Shown one piece after another: positions 35,423-43,524 of a stretch of DNA of 64,000 nt. The notes under the pieces are model-generated. The model ran no database searches and had not been told where the DNA came from. It saw only the letters and a program-made list of their open reading frames with translations. The position numbers and the translations under genes are program-made. The DNA is from an uncultured Bacteroidales bacterium (GTDB lineage Bacteria > Bacteroidota > Bacteroidia > Bacteroidales > JAIORY01): the NCBI GenBank assembly GCA_964404485.1, contig CAYOKJ010000001.1:10064-74063 (forward strand). The letters are read 5' to 3'. Each line of letters starts with the position of its first letter. Position 1 is the stretch's first letter.

Positions 35423-36991
35423 CTAAAACGGGAAATCTTCCTCATCATTAAAATCTGCATCAATTTTTTTGATCACAGGTTTTTTTGCTGTTTTATGAAC
35501 CGGATTTCCTTCAACATAAATTGCCTTATAGGGTTCAACAGGACAGGCAAATTCACAAGCACCGCAACCAATACAAATTTCTGTATTTACCTCCGGCAAA
35601 AACAATCCTTTATGGGGTTTCATTGTTACTGCTTTGGTAGGGCAATGCTCAGAACAGGCACCGCAATCAGTACCATCGGTTTCAACAATACAATTTTCTT
35701 TTATAAATATAACTTTGCCAATCTGCGTTGTTTTTTTCTTTTCCCTATTAAGAGGTAATATTGCTCCTGTCGGACAAACTTCTCCACAAGCTGTACATTC
35801 AAAATTACAGTATTCTTTGTGATAATCCATTCGAGGTTGCATTATCCCTCCAAGGCCATATTCCAAAAACGAAGCTTGCAAAACCTGCGTAGGGCATGTA
35901 CTTATGCAAAGGTGACAAGCTGTACATAATTTTGTAAAATGCTCAAAACTTACTGAACCGGGTGGCGTGACAGGGTGTTTTTTTTGCTCAGGAATTTGTG
36001 AAAGTTTCAAATTTTGAAGATCTTTTTTATTTGTTGGAAAAGCCGAAATACCCAAAGTTAGCATCATTGAGTTTTTTATGAATTTTCTTTTAGGAATATC
36101 CGGTTTTTTCTCATCTTCTTTTTTGCTTCCCCTTTGTGATGAAAAAGAAAAATTTATACCATTTGAGGGACAAACTGAAATACAATCCAGGCATCCCACA
36201 CATTCTGAAAAATTAACTTTTTGCTCTTTAATATCAATACATCCAGTTTTACAACTTACAACACATTTTTGACAAGAATTACACAGGTCTTTATTAATAA
36301 TTATCTTAAAAAATGAAAACTTTGAAACTAGCCCAAGTAATGCTCCGACAGGACAAATGGTATTACAAAATAATCGTCCTTTTTTCAGAGACATCAAAAC
36401 AATAACTCCCAAAAAGAAAATAGAATAAAAAAAAGCAGGCAAATTAAAAGAACGATAATGAACAGGATATAAATAAAAACTATTGACTTTTTGTAAACTC
36501 AACGCAAGTAAATTATTTAAACTTACATAAACCGGTCGGAAAAGATTTGTAGATATCTTGCCAAAATTACTGAATGGGTCAAGCAAATTGATCAGTAATA
36601 CACTACCAAAAAAGAAAGCAAGAATCGTAATAGCAAGAATTGAGTACCTCAGCCAATTATAAGTTTTAGTCTTTGTAAACTTTTTTGTGATCTTAAGTTT
36701 CCTTGAAAAGAAAATAATTATATCCTGAAACGTGCCAAGTGGACAAATTGTTGAACAATAAATTCTTCCAAAAAAGATAGTTAAAACAAGTATGAAAATA
36801 AATCCGGCAGCAGCCAATCCACCAATACTGATAAATTTAATAAGAGAAGGAAAAAACTGAAGGTATAAAACCGAATCGTAAAATTTCTCCGGTAACAATC
36901 CGCTGATATCCAAAAAAAGACCAATTGTCAGGAAAAAGAAAATAAGAGAAACTACAACCCTGATTTTTTTCAGAATAACAAATTTCCTCAT
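35423..36991 (-). CDS. membrane-bound polyferredoxin (NapH/MauN-like CX3CP motifs plus six 4Fe-4S motifs)
   Basis: 522 aa. N-terminal TM helices carry CSTICPLG and CNTICPVG. Six CxxCxxCxxxC(P)-type motifs follow. Confidence 0.8.
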   Translation of the reverse strand: MRKFVILKKIRVVVSLIFFFLTIGLFLDISGLLPEKFYDSVLYLQFFPSLIKFISIGGLAAAGFIFILVLTIFFGRIYCSTICPLGTFQDIIIFFSRKLKITKKFTKTKTYNWLRYSILAITILAFFFGSVLLINLLDPFSNFGKISTNLFRPVYVSLNNLLALSLQKVNSFYLYPVHYRSFNLPAFFYSIFFLGVIVLMSLKKGRLFCNTICPVGALLGLVSKFSFFKIIINKDLCNSCQKCVVSCKTGCIDIKEQKVNFSECVGCLDCISVCPSNGINFSFSSQRGSKKEDEKKPDIPKRKFIKNSMMLTLGISAFPTNKKDLQNLKLSQIPEQKKHPVTPPGSVSFEHFTKLCTACHLCISTCPTQVLQASFLEYGLGGIMQPRMDYHKEYCNFECTACGEVCPTGAILPLNREKKKTTQIGKVIFIKENCIVETDGTDCGACSEHCPTKAVTMKPHKGLFLPEVNTEICIGCGACEFACPVEPYKAIYVEGNPVHKTAKKPVIKKIDADFNDEEDFPF

Positions 36992-36995
36992 CAGC

Positions 36996-37946
36996 TTACA
37001 TTTTTATCCTGTCGATATTTAATTTAGTTAAATCCATATTTCCCGCTCCGATGTTATGTGCAATTTGTATATGTCCAATATCTTCAGGTTCATGTCCGAA
37101 TATTTTCGCGGCGGCAGCATCAGCAGCAACCATATCAGTAGAAATTATCATTGATTTAAGTTCAACAACATCTTCTACTGAAACACCACGCGGACCATTT
37201 TGTTTCATAACTTTAGAAGCATCAACAATATTAAGGTCTGGTTTAATTTTTGATGCAAAATCAGCTATACACTGATTAAGATCGTTTTTATGCCAGAATT
37301 TTCTGTCCCACACAATTCCCATCAGGTTTTTCATGGAAATTGTCAGCTTTGTAGAGCCATGACTTTTAAGAACCGGAACATTAATAAATACATCCGAATC
37401 TAAAATCAGTTCATGAACCTTGGGATTTTTTAATTTTTCTGCTCCTGGTATTTCAACAGTACGATATTTGCTTTCGATATTTCCCGGAACTACCTTAGCA
37501 CCTGCATCTTTGGCTGCTTTTTCTATTCCGCTATTTTTATAACATTTATTCCATTTGTCACATGTATTATCAAAAACATAAACTTCTTTTGCACCGGCTT
37601 CAAGGCAACTTTTAATAATTTGTCCGATAAGTTTTGGGTTTGTGTTGGCAGCTCTTTCGGGTATGGCATCCCAACCAATGTTTGGTTTAACAACCACAGT
37701 TTGACCGGGAGAAACAAAATTTTTCATTCCTCCGAGAGAATTTATTCCAGTTTCAAACATCTCATAAGCTTCGCCACCTCTTATTGCAACAAGATCAAAA
37801 GGGTCTCCTTGTGGAAAATTATTCCCGCCAAGGAGATCGAAATATTTACTGAAAGTTAAAGCCGAGCCGACAACTGCTCCTGCACCAATACTTTTTATAA
37901 TAAATTCTCTTCGTTTCATAGAATTTTGATTTTTATAATATTTCAA
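36996..37946 (-). CDS. DUF362 domain-containing protein with a twin-arginine (Tat) signal
   Basis: MKRREFIIKSIGAGAVVGSALTF, so the start may be 37919. Its stop lies 4 nt before the polyferredoxin start, implying one operon. Confidence 0.7.
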   Translation of the reverse strand: MKYYKNQNSMKRREFIIKSIGAGAVVGSALTFSKYFDLLGGNNFPQGDPFDLVAIRGGEAYEMFETGINSLGGMKNFVSPGQTVVVKPNIGWDAIPERAANTNPKLIGQIIKSCLEAGAKEVYVFDNTCDKWNKCYKNSGIEKAAKDAGAKVVPGNIESKYRTVEIPGAEKLKNPKVHELILDSDVFINVPVLKSHGSTKLTISMKNLMGIVWDRKFWHKNDLNQCIADFASKIKPDLNIVDASKVMKQNGPRGVSVEDVVELKSMIISTDMVAADAAAAKIFGHEPEDIGHIQIAHNIGAGNMDLTKLNIDRIKM

Positions 37947-37961
37947 AAATACTATAACTGT

Positions 37962-40178
37962 TTATTTTTCACTCATTTCCATTTCTACCTCAAGAGGAAT
38001 TTCTGCTTTTATTGGTTCCGGTTTTTCACTCACAATAGTCATTTCATCAATCAAATTTTGAGCTCCGGCAAGCTTATCAATAATAAGCAAAACATAACGA
38101 ATATCAACATTAATAGTTCTTTGTAATTCCGGTTCAAATGCGATATCGCCACTCATGGCTTCCCAGTTTCCATCGAAAGCCAAACCAATAAGTTCACCGT
38201 TTCCATTAATAACCGGGCTTCCTGAATTACCACCGGTGATATCGTGGTTAGTTAAAAAACAAACCTTCATTACATCACCTTCGCCATATTTTCCGTAGTC
38301 TTTGTTTTTATAAATTTCTTTTAATTTTTCGGGAACGAGAAACTCAAATGTTGAAGGATCTTCTTTTTCCATAACACCGTCTAAAGTTGTGAAATAATTG
38401 AAATGAATAGCGTCGGCAGGATAATAATCCTGAACAGTTCCATAAGTCAAACGCATAGTGAAGTTTGCATCAGGATAAAAAGTTTTTTCAGGTTGCATTT
38501 CCATTAATCCGGCAAGAAACAATCTATTTCCTCTTTCGAGTAAATCTTGTGATTCGCTGCTTTTTTTGTACAACTTCCTATAGGTTGCAAAAAATGCTTT
38601 AACGGCTTTGGTAACCGGGTCTTTTTTAATTTTTTTCGCTTTAGGATTTTCTAAAAATTCATAAACATTCTCTTTACTTGCAAAAATTGATTTCTTAAAA
38701 ACCTTATCAGTATATTTATAAAAATCACCTTTATATTTATTTGCTAATTCTAAAAGAAATGCAGATTGTTGATCAAGAGGAACATTTTCGTGATACATCT
38801 TAAACATTTCGGCAAGTAATTTTTTATCGATTGGAGTATAATAATCTTTGAAATATTTATCGGTCGATTCTTTTAATGATTCTATTATTTCGACAACTTT
38901 TTCTTCATTTTGTTCTTTTTCTTCAAGAGCCTTTTGTAGTTTACCGAATTTCCTTGAAAACCCTAATATTTCGGGACCTCTGTAAACTGCCTCAATAAAA
39001 TACAAATTTGCAATATTGTAATCACCAATTATTTCATAAGCCTTTGCAATATCGGGAAGAGCCTCTCCATATTTATCTTTCCTTATTTGATTGGCATTTA
39101 CCCAGTCAGTAAATTTATTTTCAATTTCTGCTTTTTTATCATAAACTTTAAGTCTTTTTAAACCTTTGGTTTGCCCAATAAAATATTTCCAATAGTTTGA
39201 TATTCTTGCATATTTTGATGCATATTGAAGTCTTACAGCTTTATCAGCATTCATAAATTCTTTCATGATATCCAATTTCTTAGCACGAATATTTACAATA
39301 GTCATGTTTGATTGGTCAACTGCAAGTTTTACTCCGTGAGAAGTTAAATAACGATCTGTTCCTCCGGGGTAACCTAAAATCATTGCAAAGTCTCCTTTTT
39401 TGACACCTGCTGTTGAAACAGGGAGATAATGTTTCGGAGTAATTGGTACATTCTCTTTTGCATATTCTGCGGGCGATCCGTCTGGAGCACCATAAACTCT
39501 GAACATTGAAAAATCGCCTGTATGACGAGGCCACATCCAGTTGTCGGTATCCGAGCCAAATTTTCCAATAGCTTCGGGTGGTGCACCTACAAAACGAATA
39601 TCTTTGTATGTTTCATAAGCAAAAGTGTAATATTCATTTCCGTTGAAAAAACTTCTCACTGCAATCTGATAGTCATTATCTTTTTTGGCTGTTTCTTTAA
39701 TTTTTTTAATGTTTTGTTGAATTTTTTCACTTCTCTGTTCTTCCGTCATATTAGCTGTAACACTATCCAAAACCTGTTCTGTGGCAACTTCAATTTTTAT
39801 CAAAAACTTAACGGACAAACCTTCAATTGGAATTTCTTCATCTTTACTCATAGCCCAAAACCCATTTGTAAGCAAGTCGTTTTCAACTGTACTTACCGAT
39901 TGAATTGAACCATATCCACAATGATGATTTGTAATAAGAAGTCCTTCAGAAGAAATAATTTCTCCTGTACAACCGCCACCAAAGATCACAATTGCATCTT
40001 TTAAACTAGAATTATTAATACTGTATATTTCTTCAGGAGTTAGATTAAGTCCCATTTTTTGCATATCAGTATAATTCAAACGCTCAACAAGCATAGGTAT
40101 CCACATTCCCTCATCGGCTTTTACTTCCGGACGCAGACAAAACAATATTGCTGCAAAAACAATTATTAATTTTTTCAT
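37962..40178 (-). CDS. S46 family peptidase (dipeptidyl-peptidase 7-type), paralogue 2
   Basis: 738 aa. DEGMWIP, TNHHCGY, GGNSGSPV, and FDGNWE with Gly at Ser+18. Confidence 0.9.
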   Translation of the reverse strand: MKKLIIVFAAILFCLRPEVKADEGMWIPMLVERLNYTDMQKMGLNLTPEEIYSINNSSLKDAIVIFGGGCTGEIISSEGLLITNHHCGYGSIQSVSTVENDLLTNGFWAMSKDEEIPIEGLSVKFLIKIEVATEQVLDSVTANMTEEQRSEKIQQNIKKIKETAKKDNDYQIAVRSFFNGNEYYTFAYETYKDIRFVGAPPEAIGKFGSDTDNWMWPRHTGDFSMFRVYGAPDGSPAEYAKENVPITPKHYLPVSTAGVKKGDFAMILGYPGGTDRYLTSHGVKLAVDQSNMTIVNIRAKKLDIMKEFMNADKAVRLQYASKYARISNYWKYFIGQTKGLKRLKVYDKKAEIENKFTDWVNANQIRKDKYGEALPDIAKAYEIIGDYNIANLYFIEAVYRGPEILGFSRKFGKLQKALEEKEQNEEKVVEIIESLKESTDKYFKDYYTPIDKKLLAEMFKMYHENVPLDQQSAFLLELANKYKGDFYKYTDKVFKKSIFASKENVYEFLENPKAKKIKKDPVTKAVKAFFATYRKLYKKSSESQDLLERGNRLFLAGLMEMQPEKTFYPDANFTMRLTYGTVQDYYPADAIHFNYFTTLDGVMEKEDPSTFEFLVPEKLKEIYKNKDYGKYGEGDVMKVCFLTNHDITGGNSGSPVINGNGELIGLAFDGNWEAMSGDIAFEPELQRTINVDIRYVLLIIDKLAGAQNLIDEMTIVSEKPEPIKAEIPLEVEMEMSEK

Positions 40179-40228
40179 TTTTTTATTTTAATGTTTAGTT
40201 ATTATTTATTTGCTTTTTATTTGCTTTT

Positions 40229-41320
40229 TTAAATAAAATTTTCTCCCTTTTCAGATTTTACATCATTTACAATTTGGCGAATGTTTTGTTCGTCTTCTTT
40301 TTTACAGATCAAAAGAATATCTTCATTTTCAACAACAATATAATCTTTCAGTCCCTGAATAACGGCAAGCTTATTTTTGGGCATATTTATAACATTGTTT
40401 TTAGAATTGTACAACATTACATTTTTACCAATAATAGCATTTTCATTATTATCTTTATTCATGAGAGTATATAACGAGCCCCAAGTTCCAAGATCAGACC
40501 ACCCGAAAGCAGAAGCCAAAACCTGAACATTATCAGCTTTTTCCATTATTCCGTAATCAATAGAAATGTTTTTACAAACAGAATATGCTTTTTCAATAAA
40601 TGGAATTTCATTGTTTGTATTATATTTTGATATTCCTTCTTTAAAAATATCATTTACTTCTGGTAAATATTTATCAAATGCACTTAAAATACTTTTCAAC
40701 GACCAGATAAAAATTCCGGAATTCCACAGAAAATCACCGCTTTCGATGAAAGTTTTGGCAATTTCAAGATTTGGTTTCTCAGTAAAGGTTTTAACTTTTC
40801 TTATTCTTTTATCGTTTTTATATGTAAGAGCTTCATTAAATTGAATATACCCATAGCCAGTATCCGGACGACTTGGCGTTAATCCCAGAGTGAGCAACCA
40901 ATCGTTTTCAGTAACAGCAGCAAGAGCAGAATTTATTACTTCCACAAAAATATCTTCTTTAAGAATTATATGATCGGAAGGTGCAACAACTATTTTTGCA
41001 TTAGGATTCTTATCTAATATTTTATAATTGGCATAAGCAATACATGGGGCTGTATTTCGCAAGGTGGGTTCGCCAAGAACCTGTTCATTATTAATGCTAG
41101 GAAGCTGGTATTTTACAAGATCTCGATAAATTTCATTAGTTACAATATAAATATTTTCTTCAGGACAAATTTTTTTAAACCTGCTGAATGTTTGTTGAAG
41201 TAATGTTTCGCCTGTACCAAGAATATCAAGAAATTGCTTGGGTTGTGCTTTTTTGCTCATGGGCCAAAATCGTGAGCCAACACCTCCCGCCATTATAACA
41301 CAATAACGATCTTTATTCAT
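40229..41320 (-). CDS. mannose-1-phosphate guanylyltransferase (nucleotidyltransferase domain only)
   Basis: Start moved to MNKDRYCVIMAGGVGSRFWP (G-rich NTP-binding loop). The ORF-track TTG extension is hydrophobic junk. Confidence 0.8.
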   Translation of the reverse strand: MNKDRYCVIMAGGVGSRFWPMSKKAQPKQFLDILGTGETLLQQTFSRFKKICPEENIYIVTNEIYRDLVKYQLPSINNEQVLGEPTLRNTAPCIAYANYKILDKNPNAKIVVAPSDHIILKEDIFVEVINSALAAVTENDWLLTLGLTPSRPDTGYGYIQFNEALTYKNDKRIRKVKTFTEKPNLEIAKTFIESGDFLWNSGIFIWSLKSILSAFDKYLPEVNDIFKEGISKYNTNNEIPFIEKAYSVCKNISIDYGIMEKADNVQVLASAFGWSDLGTWGSLYTLMNKDNNENAIIGKNVMLYNSKNNVINMPKNKLAVIQGLKDYIVVENEDILLICKKEDEQNIRQIVNDVKSEKGENFI

Positions 41321-41482
41321 TTTTAGAGTATTTTTTCTGTTGATAAAAAGACAAAGGTATAAAACTAAATAATATTTAGTTGTAATCAAACAATTGATAT
41401 TAGTATTTAATAAATAGTAATTTTATAATCGTAAAATGAATACAACTTTTACAATGTTTTTTACGTCTGATATTTGACAACA

Positions 41483-42055
41483 ATGGACATTACTGAAAAT
41501 GAACTCATCAGGCTTTGCAAACGCAAGAATGCCTTAGCACAGAAATTGCTGTATAATACTTATCACAGCAGTTTATTGGGTATTTGTTTGCGCTATGGGA
41601 AAAGTAAAGCCGAAGCTGAAGATATTTTACAAATAGGCATGATAAGAATTTTTAAAAATATTGGTTCTTACTCAGGAAAAGGTTCGTTTGAAGGCTGGAT
41701 GAAACGTATAATAGTAAATACGGCTATTGACAATTTCAGAAAAAACAATAAGTTTTATTATCATCATGATATTGATGAAATTAACGGGGAACCCTATTTT
41801 ATTTCGGATATTTCTGATGATCTTGAAGTTAAAGATATTCTAAATACTGTTCAGCAACTGCCAAACGGCTATCGCATGGTTTTTAACCTATATGCAATTG
41901 AAGGTTATTCCCATAAAGAGATTTCCGGAATACTTGGTATTTCGGAAAACACTTCAAAAACACAGTTGCTCAAAGCCAGAAAAAGCTTAAGAAAAAAACT
42001 TTTGATATTAAACAAAATACCCTCTCATCAAATAAAAGTTGAAAATGAAAAATAA
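41483..42055 (+). CDS. RNA polymerase ECF-type sigma-70 factor
   Basis: Region 2 (DILQIGMIRIFKNI...W) and region 4 HTH (YSHKEISGILGISENTSKTQLLKARKSL). Confidence 0.85.
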   Translation: MDITENELIRLCKRKNALAQKLLYNTYHSSLLGICLRYGKSKAEAEDILQIGMIRIFKNIGSYSGKGSFEGWMKRIIVNTAIDNFRKNNKFYYHHDIDEINGEPYFISDISDDLEVKDILNTVQQLPNGYRMVFNLYAIEGYSHKEISGILGISENTSKTQLLKARKSLRKKLLILNKIPSHQIKVENEK

Positions 42056-43352
42056 ATTAAAAAACATTGACGGGTTTTATAAAAGCAAGCTTGAAAACTA
42101 TAAAGAGAAAGCCGAACAGGATGTTTGGGAAAAACTTAAATGGACTTTGTTTTGGATGCGTTATAAATTGATTATCAGTCTAAGTTTTATTGTTTTGCTA
42201 CTGGGTTTAAGCTCATTAATTTACATAAACATATTTAGCAGTTCGGAGCCTGCAACTAATAATTATACTTTGGATTACAATAAAACTGAGGTTGTTTTGA
42301 CAAAAAATTATAAAGAAAAAGAAGTACCGCAACATGAAAAAGAAGTTTCTTCAGAAGTACAAGATGAAACTATAGTTTATAAACAATTATCAAATAACAC
42401 TAATATTTCTGATTTTGCCCCTAACCCAACTATTATTAAAACAAAAAACGAAAATACTAAACCTGCTAATTCTAAACTGGAAAATCTAAGCACTACATTT
42501 GTAAATGAAAAACTACCAATGTCGAAAATGTCCAGCAAAGAATACAACAACAATATTACTGTAAAACCAAATAATAATTTGTTAGATAATAACTCTCATG
42601 CAAATATTTTAAACCACGTATTAAGGAATCAAAGGTTTTCAGTTAATGTTTTTGCAGGACCTGCTTTTTCACAGTCTGATATTTTAGGATATGACCCGGA
42701 ATATTTGGCATTTAGAAATTCAAATGAATCAGACAAATCGGGTTGGTCGTTGGGAGTTGATATGAGGTTTCACATAAAGAACTGGATAATCAGTACGGGC
42801 ATTAACTATTCTGTTTACAATCAAAGTCGCTCTTATAATTACAACTATCAAGAGTATTCTCCTGAAAACAGTTATTATCAATACGATACAAGCTGGGTAT
42901 GGATTTTTGACCCACCTAATTACGGAACACCATTGATAACAGACATCGACAGTAGTTGGGTAAAAGCTTATGATAATATTACCATCGACAATTCGGGATT
43001 AAACCAATTGAAATATTTTGAAATTCCGTTGTTAGTTGGATATAGATTTAATGCAAATATGTTTGTGCTGGAAATAAATACAGGTGTCTCAGCAGGTTTT
43101 TTAGTTTATTATAAAATTAAAGTGCCAGAGTTCACCAACAATAATGATATTGTATCAGCACAACAAATGAACTATACAATGTTCAACTTTGTTGCAAATG
43201 CTTCTTTTTATTATTATATCAACAGTAAAACCAGTTTATTTGTATCGCCATATTTTAAGCAAAACCTACAATCTGTTTTCAACGAAAGTTATCCTGTGAA
43301 ACAGCAATATAAAACTTATGGTTTAAATTTTGGTGTAAGTTTTCGGTTTTAG
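42045..43352 (+). CDS. putative anti-sigma-like membrane protein with a C-terminal outer-membrane beta-barrel-like domain
   Basis: Overlaps the sigma gene stop. About 35 aa cytoplasmic, then a TM helix (LIISLSFIVLLLGLSSLIYINIF), an N/K-rich linker, alternating beta-strand pattern, and an end of ...GLNFGVSFRF (OMP-like terminal Phe). Confidence 0.55.
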   Translation: MKNKLKNIDGFYKSKLENYKEKAEQDVWEKLKWTLFWMRYKLIISLSFIVLLLGLSSLIYINIFSSSEPATNNYTLDYNKTEVVLTKNYKEKEVPQHEKEVSSEVQDETIVYKQLSNNTNISDFAPNPTIIKTKNENTKPANSKLENLSTTFVNEKLPMSKMSSKEYNNNITVKPNNNLLDNNSHANILNHVLRNQRFSVNVFAGPAFSQSDILGYDPEYLAFRNSNESDKSGWSLGVDMRFHIKNWIISTGINYSVYNQSRSYNYNYQEYSPENSYYQYDTSWVWIFDPPNYGTPLITDIDSSWVKAYDNITIDNSGLNQLKYFEIPLLVGYRFNANMFVLEINTGVSAGFLVYYKIKVPEFTNNNDIVSAQQMNYTMFNFVANASFYYYINSKTSLFVSPYFKQNLQSVFNESYPVKQQYKTYGLNFGVSFRF

Positions 43353-43377
43353 TAACTTTGTTTTTAAAAAAAAAAGT

Positions 43378-43462
43378 CACAGATTCACAGACAGACTTAT
43401 GGAATATTCAAATTATATATATCCATTACAAAATGATTAATATTATAATCTGTGAATCTGTG
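43378..43462. repeat. 14-bp perfect inverted repeat with a 57-nt spacer
   Basis: CACAGATTCACAGA (43378-91) pairs with TCTGTGAATCTGTG (43449-62). Flanked by A10 upstream and ATTTTTATT downstream. Confidence 0.7.
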
Positions 43463-43524
43463 GCAATTTTTATTACACAATGTATTAATAAAGCCATAAA
43501 GAAACAATACACTTATCATAAAAC

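Noticed and set aside
35315-35758. 147-aa plus-strand ORF and other 60-130-aa ORFs nested antisense in long genes (e.g. 3611..3868, 12219..12461, 14385..14702, 16741..17139, 39522..39908, 51942..52238)
   Set aside because: All lie inside, and antisense to or out of frame with, well-supported conserved CDS. They are low-complexity translations typical of AT-rich DNA.
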